A stretch of DNA of 64,000 nucleotides, from NCBI GenBank assembly GCA_036630325.1, contig CP142726.1, positions 620,001 to 684,000 of the forward strand, read 5' to 3'. This stretch comes from Vairimorpha necatrix (lineage: Eukaryota). Under the pieces are notes generated by a model that saw nothing but the letters and a program-made list of their open reading frames with translations, had not been told where the DNA came from and searched no databases. This document shows positions 49,620 through 62,696 of this stretch, in pieces (within the stretch, counting starts at the first letter, position 1; every line of letters starts with the position of its first letter). A program made the translations under genes and the position numbers.

Positions 49620-50900
49620 TCATTTCAATTTCTTCAATGGTATTGTTTGAAGACTAGTGACCATCCTCTGTAAAAAACAGAATATAATCCTGGTATTTTC
49701 AATTATAGGTGTATTTGGCCTGTATTGCCGACTATGTTTGGCCAAATTATAGTTGTAAATGAGTTTATTACAATGTTTCACACATTCATTTTCATCTTCG
49801 GTTCTAAAAATATCCACGGCCAGCAAACATTCTCCAATTACATGTTTTTGAATAGTTCTAGTTAGAGTTTAGTTACTCCTTTCTTTGCAAGTACCACTGC
49901 GGGTCATCGTTCTACTCTGTTTTTAGACAATAACAAAGTATACATAAAGTTTATTATATGATAATTCCAGATATTTTTTTCAATTATCACTTTGAAGAAT
50001 TTTGCGCGAACCAGTTAAGATGAAAAATAAGAAATCTAGTTTTTTGAAAACTTCTTCTGGCGTTTTACTTTAAGATAGAAAAGCCTTAAGCAAGCTTAGA
50101 ACACACATCTATTATCATCCAATCAACAATACTTATCGTAAATCTTTTTATAACACGTAATGTCTACAAAATCAATCATAATTCATATCATCAAGTTAGA
50201 GGCCGTAAATTAAACTTTTGCTCTTTAATTTTTTGGCAGTTGCTATTGTCCACGTGAGATGCATTCTAGACGACTTTTCTTGTAATGAACCTAGTTGTTT
50301 TATTAAAACCTTCTTACATGATGCTTCATATATATATATTGTGCATTATGATGAAGATGGTACAAAGCATTCCGTCTTACTTCCATAGCTGTAAATAAAC
50401 ACTATTAAAGACCTTTAGGTGTTTTCCATCGGAACAGCCTTTAAATTTAACGTACCATCTATAAGAAGATAATTGCATGACATTTTTTGCCAACTATTAT
50501 TTGTTCTCATCTAAAACAAACCTTTTATCCTTGCATTGTAAAATAAAGCTATTTTGTATATGCACAGCATTTCTGGGAGAAAGAAACATTTTCTAAGAAA
50601 TCAAAAATAATTATTTATCCTCGAATGACACTATGAAAGTAATTACTATATATAGGTTTAATTTTTTTTGATAAGCCATAGTCAAGTTGTATAATTCTAC
50701 AAGTTTTTGTGCATGGTCCTATGGTTCGATCCCGTTTGGAATATTAATTTGTTTAATTAAGAAATTTTTTAGGCAGGGTTGTTGTAAGAGAAACTCAGAG
50801 GTCAATGCCTATTCAGTTTGGAAAATCCTAGAAGAACACTGTTTGCACGAGTAAAAAATTCCTAGTTATCAATGTTGGTAGTAGTTGGAAATATCTTAGG
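49620..50900 (-). mobile_element. Mutator/MULE-like transposase relic
   Basis: LIDGT(L/F)K.VP-like near 50430-50465 and C..H.GQ-like near 50245-50270; many frameshifts. Confidence 0.45.
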
Positions 50901-51046
50901 GGGTAACGATCGCGCGCTACAGTTATTATTATGCCTCTTCTATATTTTACATAGAATTAGAAATTTTTATTCAAAAAAAACATCCCTTGTGTTTATAGAC
51001 AACAAAAATTATTCAAAAAATAATAATAATATTTTTTTTAAGATCC

Positions 51047-52330
51047 ATGTTTTTTAGTGATTTTTTTTATTTTTTGTGCTTATGCAAGTAAAACAAAAAA
51101 AAGCCGAGAGGCATCGTAGATCGGCTTAAATCATCATTATAAACAAACTCACATGCTAAAACAAATGTTGATGCTGATGTAGTACTAAGAGCTTATGATA
51201 GAAAGGATAAAAGTTGCATATCAAATTTGCTTGGTCATAAAACACTTACTATAACGCAAATTCATATTAACTCGAATTTACAAGAACTTTTTGATTATAT
51301 TTATAAAAATATGAACTTAAGAATCATAAAATTCCTCCTTTACATGAAGATATGAAGGCACATGACCGTTTGGAACCCGCTTCTGAAATTTTAATAGACC
51401 CCCCTTTAAGAAAATGGCAAAATTGGCAAAAAGAATGTTTGTTGAGGCAGATGAGCTTTTTAGTGATGAAATGTATTTATGCATGGAATACAAAATAAGT
51501 TTATGTTGGAAACACTTGATGGTGAATCGGCGTGCGCCTTGCACGCTTCTGTGACTAGTAGAAATACTGCTTTTCCCTTGAGGTAATACAAGATAATGTA
51601 TAACCTGTTTCTATTACGATCTCTAATCAATGGTTAGCATATGGGGCCACATTAGACAAGCAAAGGGATGAGGCACAGTACTATGAATCATTCCATCAAT
51701 GTTGTAACCCGACAGCGATTCTGAGTCACAATTGTAAATAATAAAGTTGGTTTTAGCTCATTTCTAAAAGAGATATTTGGCTTAGACATAAACAAAGACG
51801 AACACTATGAGTACCTTTTACAGTTCCTTTGGGCTTTCCAAATTCCCAAAAATTACCGGAAAAATTGTCTTCTGTCATTATTTAAAATAAATCTTTAAGT
51901 CTCTTTTTTTATAATTTTTTTGATTTTTCCTTTTTTTGAATTTTTCAAAGCGGGTTCATTTTCCCAAAGTGGGTTCAAAACGGCCATGTACCGATATGAA
52001 AGCTATGTTGCTTATGGATGTCGCTAATATTATAATCAAAGATGAAAAATATATTGAGACTAAGTGTAGGAATGAAATATTACCTATTGTTAGAAATTGG
52101 GCACGACTTCATCCGAGGGAATTTTAGGCTCAATTGCAAGAGGTGCTGGGTTTATAGAACAGAGTTCAAGTTTAATGTTTTTTGTTCTTTATAATTATGA
52201 GTATAAAGTTTACAAGTGGTTTATGATAATGTTTGACATTAGAATTATTTATTTAGGCTTTCAAAACGAAGAACTATCAATAAATGGATACAAGATTTGC
52301 ATCAAATTAGTATGCAGTTTCACGTAAAAA
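51047..52330 (+). pseudogene. Disrupted member of the 62028-62696 hypothetical protein family
   Basis: LQELFDYIY, PLHEDM|KAMLLMDVANIIIKDEKY..VRNWARLH, EYKVYKWFM align with 62028-62639; split by a Merlin derivative. Confidence 0.8.
51357..51992 (+). mobile_element. Internally deleted Merlin (636 bp)
   Basis: TIRs GG(C/T)ACATG(A/G)CCGTTT(G/T)GAACCC; perfect TSD GATATGAA; HSTMNHS relic. Confidence 0.88.
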
Positions 52331-52715
52331 TTCTTAAAATAATAAATTTTGTCTAACAATACCATAAATGTATCTCTTAAATCCTAATTATAATAAGTTT
52401 TTATGTTATCGGCGCGGTTCTTGCATCCTTAAAATTCTACTGCCTTATAGATACTTTGACAATGACTACACTATTGCATAGTGTAGAAGCCGCCATTGAA
52501 AGCAACGACTCTACCACTTTAGATTCTCTTATTTAGAGAATGATAATTGTTAATAGATAAGACAAAGGAAATTATCGAATTATTTGTCATTGTCATAATC
52601 TATCATGTCGTGATTTCAAAAATCAGCAGAATCTATTATTATGCCGATTAAAAATATTTTATATGCCCTTATTAATATAAAAAAATATTATAATTTAGTT
52701 TTTTTCCAAAGTTGT

Positions 52716-53624
52716 TTATTTAAATCTATCTGGGCCGAGTTGGGGTGCATCAATAAATCTAAAATTTTTATTTAGACCGGAAATGAATTTTACATCTTCT
52801 TGAGATATTTCAAATAAGTCTCCATTTTCTTTAATATGTTGCTCACTTGTGCTCTTAGGAATTACAAGGATGTTTTTTGAAATTAGATAACTTAATAGAA
52901 TTTGTGAAACAGACTTATTATATTTTTTTGAAAGATTTATAATTTCTTTGTCTTCTTTGAGATTATATTTTTTCTTGTCTGTTCCTCCCAATGATGAATA
53001 GCTTACAACATTGATATTATTTTTATGACAAAAGTCTACTAAATTTTCTTGTGTAAGATATGGATGTAATTCAATTTGATTGATAGCTGGTTTGATTTTG
53101 CACTCCTTTAATATTTTCCCAAGATTGTATTCTCCGTAATTTGCTACACCAATGGATTTTGTCATTCCCTTTTCTACTAATTTTTCCATTTTTTGCCACA
53201 ATCCGATGCAGTCAAATTTATCTAGTACATTGTTACCTTTATCATCTGCGGAAGATTCGAAATTGTTATTTGTTCTAAACTTAACGGGCAGATGTATTAA
53301 ATATAAATCTATATAATCTAATTGAAGATCATTTAAAGTTTTTTGTAGACCCTTTTCTGGATTGTCGTGATAATTGCACCACAATTTTGATGTAATAAAT
53401 AATTCTTCTCGTTTTATTAGTCCTTCATCGAAAATTTTTTTCAAAGTTTCTCCAATGTATTTTTCATTTCCATAGATAAATGCGGTATCTATATGTCGAT
53501 ATCCGCATTTTATGGCACTTCTTACCGAAGTTTCAATTTTATCTTTGTCTGTAATCATCCAAGTCCCAAGCCCAACTACGGGCATTTCGTAACCACTGTT
53601 TAGTTTTACTTTTTTCTCAAACAT
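52716..53624 (-). CDS. Aldo-keto reductase (aldose reductase/GCY1-like), 302 aa
   Basis: MPVVGLGTW, GYRHIDTA.IYGNE, FITSKLW, YIDLYLIH (D-Y-K-H tetrad), KSIGVAN, NQIELHP, VIPKS. Confidence 0.97.
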   Translation of the reverse strand: MFEKKVKLNSGYEMPVVGLGTWMITDKDKIETSVRSAIKCGYRHIDTAFIYGNEKYIGETLKKIFDEGLIKREELFITSKLWCNYHDNPEKGLQKTLNDLQLDYIDLYLIHLPVKFRTNNNFESSADDKGNNVLDKFDCIGLWQKMEKLVEKGMTKSIGVANYGEYNLGKILKECKIKPAINQIELHPYLTQENLVDFCHKNNINVVSYSSLGGTDKKKYNLKEDKEIINLSKKYNKSVSQILLSYLISKNILVIPKSTSEQHIKENGDLFEISQEDVKFISGLNKNFRFIDAPQLGPDRFK

Positions 53625-56600
53625 AGAGAAAAAATTAAATTTTTAACTTATATATTTTTATTTATTACTATAACCAATTATTTCTTTAAATAAAGGGAGT
53701 AATCTTCCATACTAATTTTTGTAGCCCTTTAGAAATATTCAGCAAATTAATTTAACGTCAAATATAAATATTTGTCTTTATAAAGTACAAATTATAACTT
53801 TCTCCTTTTTGACATAAAATTATAGACTAATAACAAAGGCTTCCGATTGTTTTTGTTAAATTGTTTATATAGTTTTTATTGCAGCTTGCCTTAGTGTTTT
53901 CAAGTATCATATAATTTTAATATTGGTAGATAAATTGATGAAGAATCTATATGTTTCTTGATAGAGATTATGTGTTTTCTTTTGTCTTTACGTACAAGTT
54001 GATTTAAAATCTACGTGTACAAATTTTTTATATTTTCCAATTTTTAGGGATATTTATCCACTATCAATATATGAATTTTTTGTTCTTATAATTTTTTATC
54101 ACATTAAGACTGAAATGTAGGCGGCGTCATATTCCAAATCCCGTATTATAAAATAGCAATTTACTCAATGTGTGGCATATAAATTACACGAGAACCTCAA
54201 AAAGAACAAATAAAATTATATATGTATACGGGCCACGTCATATACTAGTGGAAAAAAGTACTGGGTATATGTTTGAATCATAAAAAGACAATATGCAATA
54301 AATTGTGATTTGAATAACCAGGAAACGATGCTCTACTTCAAGAATCTTGCTTTCTAAGCAGCAAACATGGTCTTGATTTATATATATAAAATAACTTTCT
54401 GAAATGAATTAATTTTAATGTATAGGAAAAACGATATATGATCTTTTACACACAATTAAATTATTATATACTCTATATTGAATTTAAGTAGGTAAATTTC
54501 ATAGTTATTCACGTAGTAGCACAAAAACATATGATAAAACAAGAGCATAAACCTAAATTAAATAGTAAGTTAGAATGCTTTAAATCTAGTGATTTTACAA
54601 ATTATTTTTTATAAACAGTTTGCATGTTTATATACAAAATAAAAATCTTTTTCTAGATTAAACGTTCACGCATTATAGCAATATGAACATGCGTTTACTA
54701 GGTTTAATAATTATTATTTATAGAATGGTATCATTGGTTTTCTTCCAATATGTACACTATGATTGAAATAATTAAAAATCACGAGTCAGTGACATCGGCG
54801 TTATGTATAAAAGCCTAATTTGAGTTTACACAAAATGTTTGTATTTTCGATTATTTTATCATGTAAAATATTTTTTATCCAATTATAAAAAAACATTGTC
54901 TGTTTTCTTCGATCTTTTAGTATATTCAAATGTGTAGTCTACATAAGTATGTCATATTACATCAAACTATTTTGTACTGTTAAGGTATATAAATGTTTTA
55001 TTTTTGGCCTAGGTTTATTTTAAAATTTAAAAAATCGAGGAGATAGGTATATAAACTATATGATTACAAAACCACCGCATAGATTTTATAATTTTTTTGT
55101 GCAATTATAAAATTCAAGACTGTGATGTTCTGAACTCCTCACATCAACTTTCAAAGGTTTCCTCTATGATGTGTCAATAAACAAACAAACAAAAGAATAC
55201 TTTGACAATAGGTCTATAAATGTAAAAGCATTAACCTTTAGTAGAATTGCTAAACAATTCTTATATTGAAAATATTATATAAAAAGAAGTTTGTCTTTAA
55301 AGGTTATGGAATATATGGAGTATAAGAGAAATAGAGAAACCATCTGTCAATTGCTTTATTCGAATTTTCCATCCCCTCTTTTGGAAATGGTTTTATAAAG
55401 TTTAAGTAGCCAATCAAATACGTCCATTTGTCGAAATATGATTGGCTGAACTTGATGGGCTACGACACCATCAATAAAATAAATAATATTAAAAGCTATT
55501 ACAAATATAGCAAAGTCCCTTCTATACAGGACAAAGACAAATCGAAAAATTTACAAAAAAATAAAACAAATCATGTAAACTTTTTAAGTGCAGGTAAAAC
55601 ATTTGGACAAAATACAAAGAAGAAGTTAGAATATCCCTTACACATCTTGTTAGATTTAATGTTTAGACATTTTGATCAATCACGCATTTTGTTTTTCGCC
55701 ATGAAGTGCAAATTTGCATTGGAATTTTTTTGTAAATCAAAATTGTATTTCTCTTTATTTTTTATCTAATGAATTAAAATATCTATTTAATAAATTTTGC
55801 TATATAAAAAGTATTTAAACCTTCACTATTTTTATACCTAAATATTATAAAACAAAAGGCTGGAACTAAATGGGCACTAAAAACAAAGCTTAGCACATTT
55901 TTTAATTCAAATCGAACACTAAACTCTACTATTAGATTGTGAATTATAGTATAATTTACAGTATCTTGAAAATTTTTAATATTTTGTACCTTCCGCATAA
56001 TTTCTGTATCTTTTATGCTCCATTAACTTTTATTATGTTCCATTATGTTTTAAAAGTACACGAATTCAAAAGTGTATAGTATATATGTAAATTTTAATTT
56101 AGAAATTTTTCGGTAATTAGTTGTCAATCCAAAAAACATATGTTTTTGATAAAACCCCCATGCAATACATTAAATCGTACGTGACGATAAATTATTTTTT
56201 TATAAAGTGTACCAGTGTACCCACATTTTCCATATTTTGTCCCGAAAAGTCGTTTTTACGTTACCTATCATATGATAACACTCGTACTTAAACTAAAACG
56301 CATTTTTTTGTTGCAAATAATTTTTTTAAATCATTTTGGAAATTTTTTTGTTAGTAAACATTTCCCATGACTTTATGTTATTCTTATAACTTTCCTTTTT
56401 TATAAATTATTGTGCTTTAGGTTAATTTTTACAATATAAATAACGTTTAGATATATATTTGTTTATAGTTATTTAAGTTGTATGACTATTAGAGATTGAT
56501 TTTAAATATTAAATGAAAAAATATGTATAATTATTAGTAATACATAACGGAAATCAGTTTTAAAGACAATTATAGCAAATATTACTCAATTTTGATATCT

Positions 56601-57523
56601 CTAATTCTTTATATGCTATAAAATTATATATTTTGATTATTATTATAAAAAACCACAATATTTATAGTTTAGTGGCTATAAAGATAAAATCTTTGGAAAT
56701 AAAATAATTCGTATAAGATCTAATTATTTGTCGTCAAAAAATTTATTTTTTTTTAAAACATCTTTTAGAGAAAATATTGTAACCATATTAAAACATTAGA
56801 AGTTATAAATTCGGACATATTAAGACATATAGTGTGTTTAATTAGTATTGTTAAATTCATTTTCAATGTACTTTCAACTATTTTATGGCCATAAATTTTA
56901 TAATTTTTAATTAGTAGATGCTTTAAGACATTCAACATTATAAATTTTATATTAAATGATTTTGAAAACCGGTTAATATATGATTTTTTATCTTAGTATA
57001 AATTATTTTTAGTTAAACATAACATTATTAATATATTGCACCTCTCAGCATTAGTATATAAATCTCAAATCGTACTTTTTTATAAATACTACAAATAATA
57101 TAGAACATAAGCCGCCAATACATGAATCTTTAAAAATTTAAAATTGGAAATATTTTGCTGTGTTTAATCAAATTCAATAAAATTTTTACAACCATGTTTA
57201 AATATTATTATTTTATTGTTAAATTTTGTAATATCATAATGTTAAATAAAATTTAGAAGCTTAATTTTGATTCATCTGCTTTTTAAATTGTCATTAAGAC
57301 ACAATTTTGTATTTTTATAATTTTTTTTATTAAAAATTAAGTTGTCATTTGCTCTCTTAGCCTCCGCGTTGTCAAAATACAAAGTCTTTTTTTTTATATT
57401 GAGTTTACCCGTGCTGTTATATTAAATTTGAATTTAAGTGTTTTTAGATGCCTAAATTTAATTGTAAGCCTCGACGATAAGCTGTGCTATTAGAAATAAA
57501 TTTTTTTTCATTATAAATATTTA

Positions 57524-58339
57524 TTATACATCTTGATAAATGTCAATAACATCATTGTCCTCAAATACTTCTTTTATTTCTTTATGATCATCAATTATTA
57601 TCCCGTTCATTATGATGCTTCCTTCTTTGCCACTAATTTCTAAGATATCTTTTACTAATTTGTTCTTCCCTATTGTTATGTTTTTTATCGTGTAAAAGTC
57701 TAGATTTAATTTTAAATTAATGTCGGTATTTAATTTCTCTACTACTTCAAAGTAAGGCTGCGTACTATCAAACCCAATTTCATCAAGAGTTAAATATTTT
57801 GATACTGGTAAATTATTATATTTAATTTTAATATAATCGTAATCTTCAAATATATTTTCTAATGTATCATCTTTTTCTAAATACAATTCTAATTCTTTGT
57901 CATCATCTTTTATGTAAATCTTAGTTTTTGCTGGTACTAATTTATCTAAATTAGAAATTGGTTCTATTTTAGAACACAACATATTATTTGACGATAACTC
58001 ATTCTTATTTTCAGAACTAACTAAAACTTTTTCTTGTTCAATAAACTTTGATTTGTCATTTTTTTTGATTTCTTTTTTTGATTTATCATTTTTTTGGATT
58101 TCTTTTTTTGATTTGTTATTTTGTGGTTCTTCAATTTCTTTATTTTTTATTGTGTCATTTGATTGTCTATCATTTTTCATAGTTAACATCTGAAAACTTT
58201 TTTCTTCATCTGAAGATAAAATTTCTATAATTTTTTCACTTTTCTTAAAATTATTATTCTTTTTCTTTTTTGTTACTTTACTGACCTTAGTTATAATTAT
58301 ATCTTCATTACTACTGTCTCCATTGTCTTTAGACATCAT
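57524..58339 (-). CDS. Probable Esc2/Rad60/NIP45-like protein with tandem SUMO-like domains, 271 aa
   Basis: Disordered N-terminus with SIM-like EDIIIT and IIEILSSDEE; KSKKEI repeats; two ubiquitin-fold-like C-terminal segments ending FEDNDVIDIY without di-Gly; CCC before ATG. Confidence 0.55.
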   Translation of the reverse strand: MMSKDNGDSSNEDIIITKVSKVTKKKKNNNFKKSEKIIEILSSDEEKSFQMLTMKNDRQSNDTIKNKEIEEPQNNKSKKEIQKNDKSKKEIKKNDKSKFIEQEKVLVSSENKNELSSNNMLCSKIEPISNLDKLVPAKTKIYIKDDDKELELYLEKDDTLENIFEDYDYIKIKYNNLPVSKYLTLDEIGFDSTQPYFEVVEKLNTDINLKLNLDFYTIKNITIGKNKLVKDILEISGKEGSIIMNGIIIDDHKEIKEVFEDNDVIDIYQDV

Positions 58340-59719
58340 GAAAAGGGATCTTGAAAAAAAAAACTTGATAGAAAAGAAAGGAAGCCCAATAATTAAAATA
58401 CAACATTTTTAAGTAAATGTACTTTAGATAAAAAGAAAACAATTTGAGTTTAATCAACTTAAAAAACAAATCATTGGACTAGTTTTATATCATCCAATTT
58501 TGTAATATTTCATTGACTCGGTCTGTTTATTTTCCTTATAAATTTACGGGAGCTCGAAAAAAAGAAAAAAACGATTTCTTAAGGCTTATGGATTCTCAAT
58601 GAAAAATGCTTCTGATTGTCAAAAGTCGAGGTGGAAAAAACTTGAAAGAGAATATAATAACTTATTAGTACTTAAAAAATTTAATTTGACATTTAATGAA
58701 CATATAGTACGACAAACATCATAAATAAACTAATATTTTTGAAATTAATATTTTTAATTTTTAAAATTATTACTTCATTTTTAATTTTTTATCTAACACT
58801 ACACTTGTGTTATACATGCTACCGATTCTTTAAATAAAACATTTTTTTTTGTTATAATTAAAATGTTCCTTGCATTTTACAATGCTTAAATTTTATAATT
58901 AAGAAAATTTTTACAAAAATAACCAGTAAATGTTCTCTTTAATAATTTTTTGGTTTTATGTTCACATTAACTAAAAATACATGTGCATACTTTTTCGATC
59001 ATTCATAATGCATTTATTAAACCAAACCAAGTTATGTTTACATTTTAAAATTTAATTTTAAACAACTTACATATTCTGTCTTGTATATTAGATTCATTTA
59101 AATGTAAAACATTTGAAAAAGATTTTTTGTAAGATTCTCTATAATACATTGAAATGTATAATATTTGAAGATAGAAACTTAATACTTAAAAAGTCGAACA
59201 TAATAAGAAAATGAAAATTTTATGTTGAAATATGCCTTTTATCTTATGTTTTCATTCCAATACATTTTTAATTAGTCTCTTAAAAACATACGTAATAAAA
59301 ATCTTATTTCCATATTGTCTAATAAAATTGCAATCCTTTCATTAATTCAAATTTTGTACAATATTAACAATTATATTTCAAAGTACCTATCCACATATTC
59401 CGTCGTAAAATAATATCAAATGAGCTAATCTTAAAAATTTTCATGAGTAACATAAAAAGAAAAAGCTCAATTATTTAACCAATAAAGAAGATAATTAAAT
59501 GTCTAGATAAAACTCCCGTTTTTATATACTAAAACAGCTAGGATACAACTAAAAACTTATTCGAAATTTTTTTGACTATAAAATTACAATTGGGTTAAAA
59601 AAATGTATAAAGAAATATTAGTACTGTATAATTTAAATAAATTAATATTAATATCGTCTTTTTTAGCCAATAGGCAACAAAAAGTTTGATAATTTTAATC
59701 CAATTATTGTTTATTGATA

Positions 59720-60370
59720 CTTTATTATAAATAATATTTGTCTAGAAGATCCATATCTTCTAGCTTCAATTTGCGTATTTTTATGGAATATTTCTTAAAA
59801 TCAAAATCTCCCAAATATATTATTTTAATATTAAACATTCATAAACCATTTGTAGACTCTATATTCATGATAAAACTGATCAAATTCTTTAAAATCTATA
59901 GTACTCGGTCGAGAATTCGGAATTTTTGGATCTTCAATGTGTAGTTCTTTCAAATGTAAACGTGCAAAGTTTTTTACGACAGGGAATATTATTTTTAGAC
60001 ATTTGATTCTATTGTATTTCTTATCCTTAATGATACAATTGCCAATATTCATTAATAACACGTATCTCATAACTATATGTAGTGACGGGGTTGTATAAAA
60101 ATAGTCCATAATTATGAATATAATTAAAAAGTTCTTCTAAATGACTTGATTTAATATGGCTTTGCTTTATAGTAAGTGTTTCAAAGTCGAACAACTTTGA
60201 TATATCACTTATAACAGGCCTGTTACGACGTCTTAGTTTCACCCCTCCTTTGTTTTATCTAACTGGTCATTCTTCAATGAAGAAGTGCTCTTATTTATAC
60301 CAAGATTTGACATCATTTGATTCGAACTTCCGTAAACACAAGCATTAAATAAAATTTTTAAAAAAATCAT
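59720..60370 (-). pseudogene. Frameshifted paralog of 62028-62696
   Basis: Starts MIFLKILFNACVYGSSNQ after CCC; 1-bp loss in a G-run near 60243 and a second shift near 60100. Confidence 0.85.
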
Positions 60371-60487
60371 GGGTGCAAAAAAAAAAATATTATTTATATT
60401 AAAATTAAATCCATTTATTTATTTTTTTAAAAATGTTTTATAGAATTTAGATTTAGTGTAAATACAGATATAATAATTATAGAGAAT

Positions 60488-61800
60488 ATGTCAAATTTCT
60501 CAATTTCTGGGTATTTATTTGACATGGCATGGAGTCAATTTACAATAAAAAAAGCCATGCTCGATCATAATAAGTAAAAATTCTTCTATAATATTATAAA
60601 ATTGGTCAAAGATATTTGAAAATCTTTTTATCACATTATAAATACAGAAATGGACAAAAAGGATTTAAAAAATTTTCTAAAAAAGAAATATATGTTTTAC
60701 AAAAAAGGAGAAAATGCCGGAGGAAAATATCGCATAAAAAATTTAGAGGTACATACATAAAATGATTTATGTAATGGAATTATTGTATTTAAGTTTAAAA
60801 AGATATCCTAACCTCAAAAAAAAATTAAATAACAATGTAAGAAGTCGCCTGCTGAACGAATATAGGAAAAATTTAACAAAAATATGGTTTCATTCGAAGC
60901 AGACGTCGGGATATTTTTTTTTATATAATTATTTAGATGCGCTTGGGCTCAATATCAATGTAAAAAAGTTTGATTTTTGGTGGTTGACAGAGGAGGCATA
61001 GATTTTTTCAAGGGTAATTATAAAATACTAAAATCAAATTGACTTTATCTTTTTTGTTGTAAATGTTTTAGTATCTAAATATGTATTAATATCAATAAAT
61101 CAGTTTTCTTGAAAATTTTGTGATTAATGATAATTTTAAGATAAAACAATGTACATACGTTGATAGAAGAACCTAGATAATATGCTGTATTAGATAACTT
61201 CAAATAATGTTATTAAAGTTTTTATTTTTCACTGATCTTTTGGCACTCAAAATTCATTATAAGTTAAAATGTGATCATACAGTCTAGTGTGGAAATTATA
61301 TCGTTGAAAGATACATGCAAAATGAATTTATTGAGTTAAAATAGTATGGACATAAATAGTCAATATAAAATAAGCATTGGAATATTTTAAATGCAAAGCA
61401 TATTCAATAAATGTAAAGTAATCTTTTAACAGAATTACTCGAAAAGTATAATTGAAGGTGCTACACTTGGTTTAAAGATTTATTTCATCTTTATTGGTCA
61501 TATAGCGTGCATATGAGCATGGAAATTATAATTCGAGGATATGAAAAACGATATTTACTCACAATATATCGAACATGCAGGAATAAAATAACAATGTTCA
61601 ACTTAGTATAACATAAATATCGGGCCAATATTGACATTATTACAGATTTTTGGACAAAAAACGTGTTAAAAGATAGAAAAAACATGATACTATAATTTAT
61701 AGAATCAAAACATCAAAATCGATAGATTTTTCAAGCTGTGTATGTAATATAAAGCTTGAAGCAATAAGATTAAGTTTTAAATTTTTAGGGTAACATTGTA
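60488..61800 (+). pseudogene. Decayed divergent (head-to-head) ORF of unknown function; second copy from 62814
   Basis: ATGTCAAATTTCTCAATTTC.. (MSNFSIS..FDMAW) in both units; coding-like but many stops. Confidence 0.4.
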
Positions 61801-62027
61801 ATTCGTAAAGTAATTATGAGTCATACAAAGATTATACACATTATTTGACAAAAAAGGTTGGAAATTTATATATAACTTGTATATAAGTTTTAATTTGGGA
61901 ATGAACGAGGACACAGCCCAAATAAAACATCATTATATAAATTGTTGTTCGTAAAAAAATTTACGTAAAAGTCAAACCATGTAATACTATAAATTTAATA
62001 AAAAAATATTTTATTTTGAAATTCTGT

Positions 62028-62696
62028 CTAAACTTTAAAATTTTCCTTTTTATAATATTTATCAAAAACGTCCATATCTTCTAACTTCAATTTTTGTATC
62101 GAAACTAAATATTTTTTAGAATCAATATCTCCCAAAAAAATTATTTCGATATTAAACATTTTCATAAACCATTGGTAGACTAAATATTCATAATAAAATT
62201 CATCAAATTCATCAAAATTTATGGTTTTTAGCTGAGAATTCGGAATTTTTGGATCTTCAATATGTAGTTCTTTTAAATGTAAACGTGCAAAGTTTTTCAC
62301 AACAGAAAAAATTTTGCTTAAACATTTAGTTTTATTGTATTTCTTATCTTGGATGATACAATTGCCAATATTCATTAACAAAATGTATCTTAAATCTTTA
62401 TGAAGTGATGGGGTTGTATAAAAACATAGTCCATAATTATGAATATAATTAAAAAGTTCTTCTAAATGACTTGATTTAAGATGATTTTGCTTTATTCTAA
62501 GTGTTTCAAAGTCCAATAACCTTGATATATCACTTTTAACGTGCCTGTTACGATGTCTTAATTTCACCCCCTCCTTTGTTTTATCTAACTGGTCATTCTT
62601 CAATAAAGAAGTACTCTTATTTATACCACGATTTGACAATACTTAATTCGAACTTCCGTAAACACAAGCATTAATCAAAATTTCTAAAAAAATCAT
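62028..62696 (-). pseudogene. Hypothetical secreted-type protein gene with one in-frame TAA at codon 18
   Basis: CCC-ATG at 62696 gives MIFLEILINACVYGSSN*, then 204 open codons; the paralog has CAA at this codon. Confidence 0.7.

Noticed and set aside
55428-55998. Short ORFs as host genes
   Set aside because: No recognisable domain and a non-ATG start for 55428; most 60-110 aa ORFs in the track are antisense shadows or TE fragments.
62643-62645. TAA-to-Gln reassignment suggested by TAA opposite CAA in a paralog
   Set aside because: Intact genes in the window (52716, 57524, 2636) end in TAA; a C>T nonsense change is simpler.
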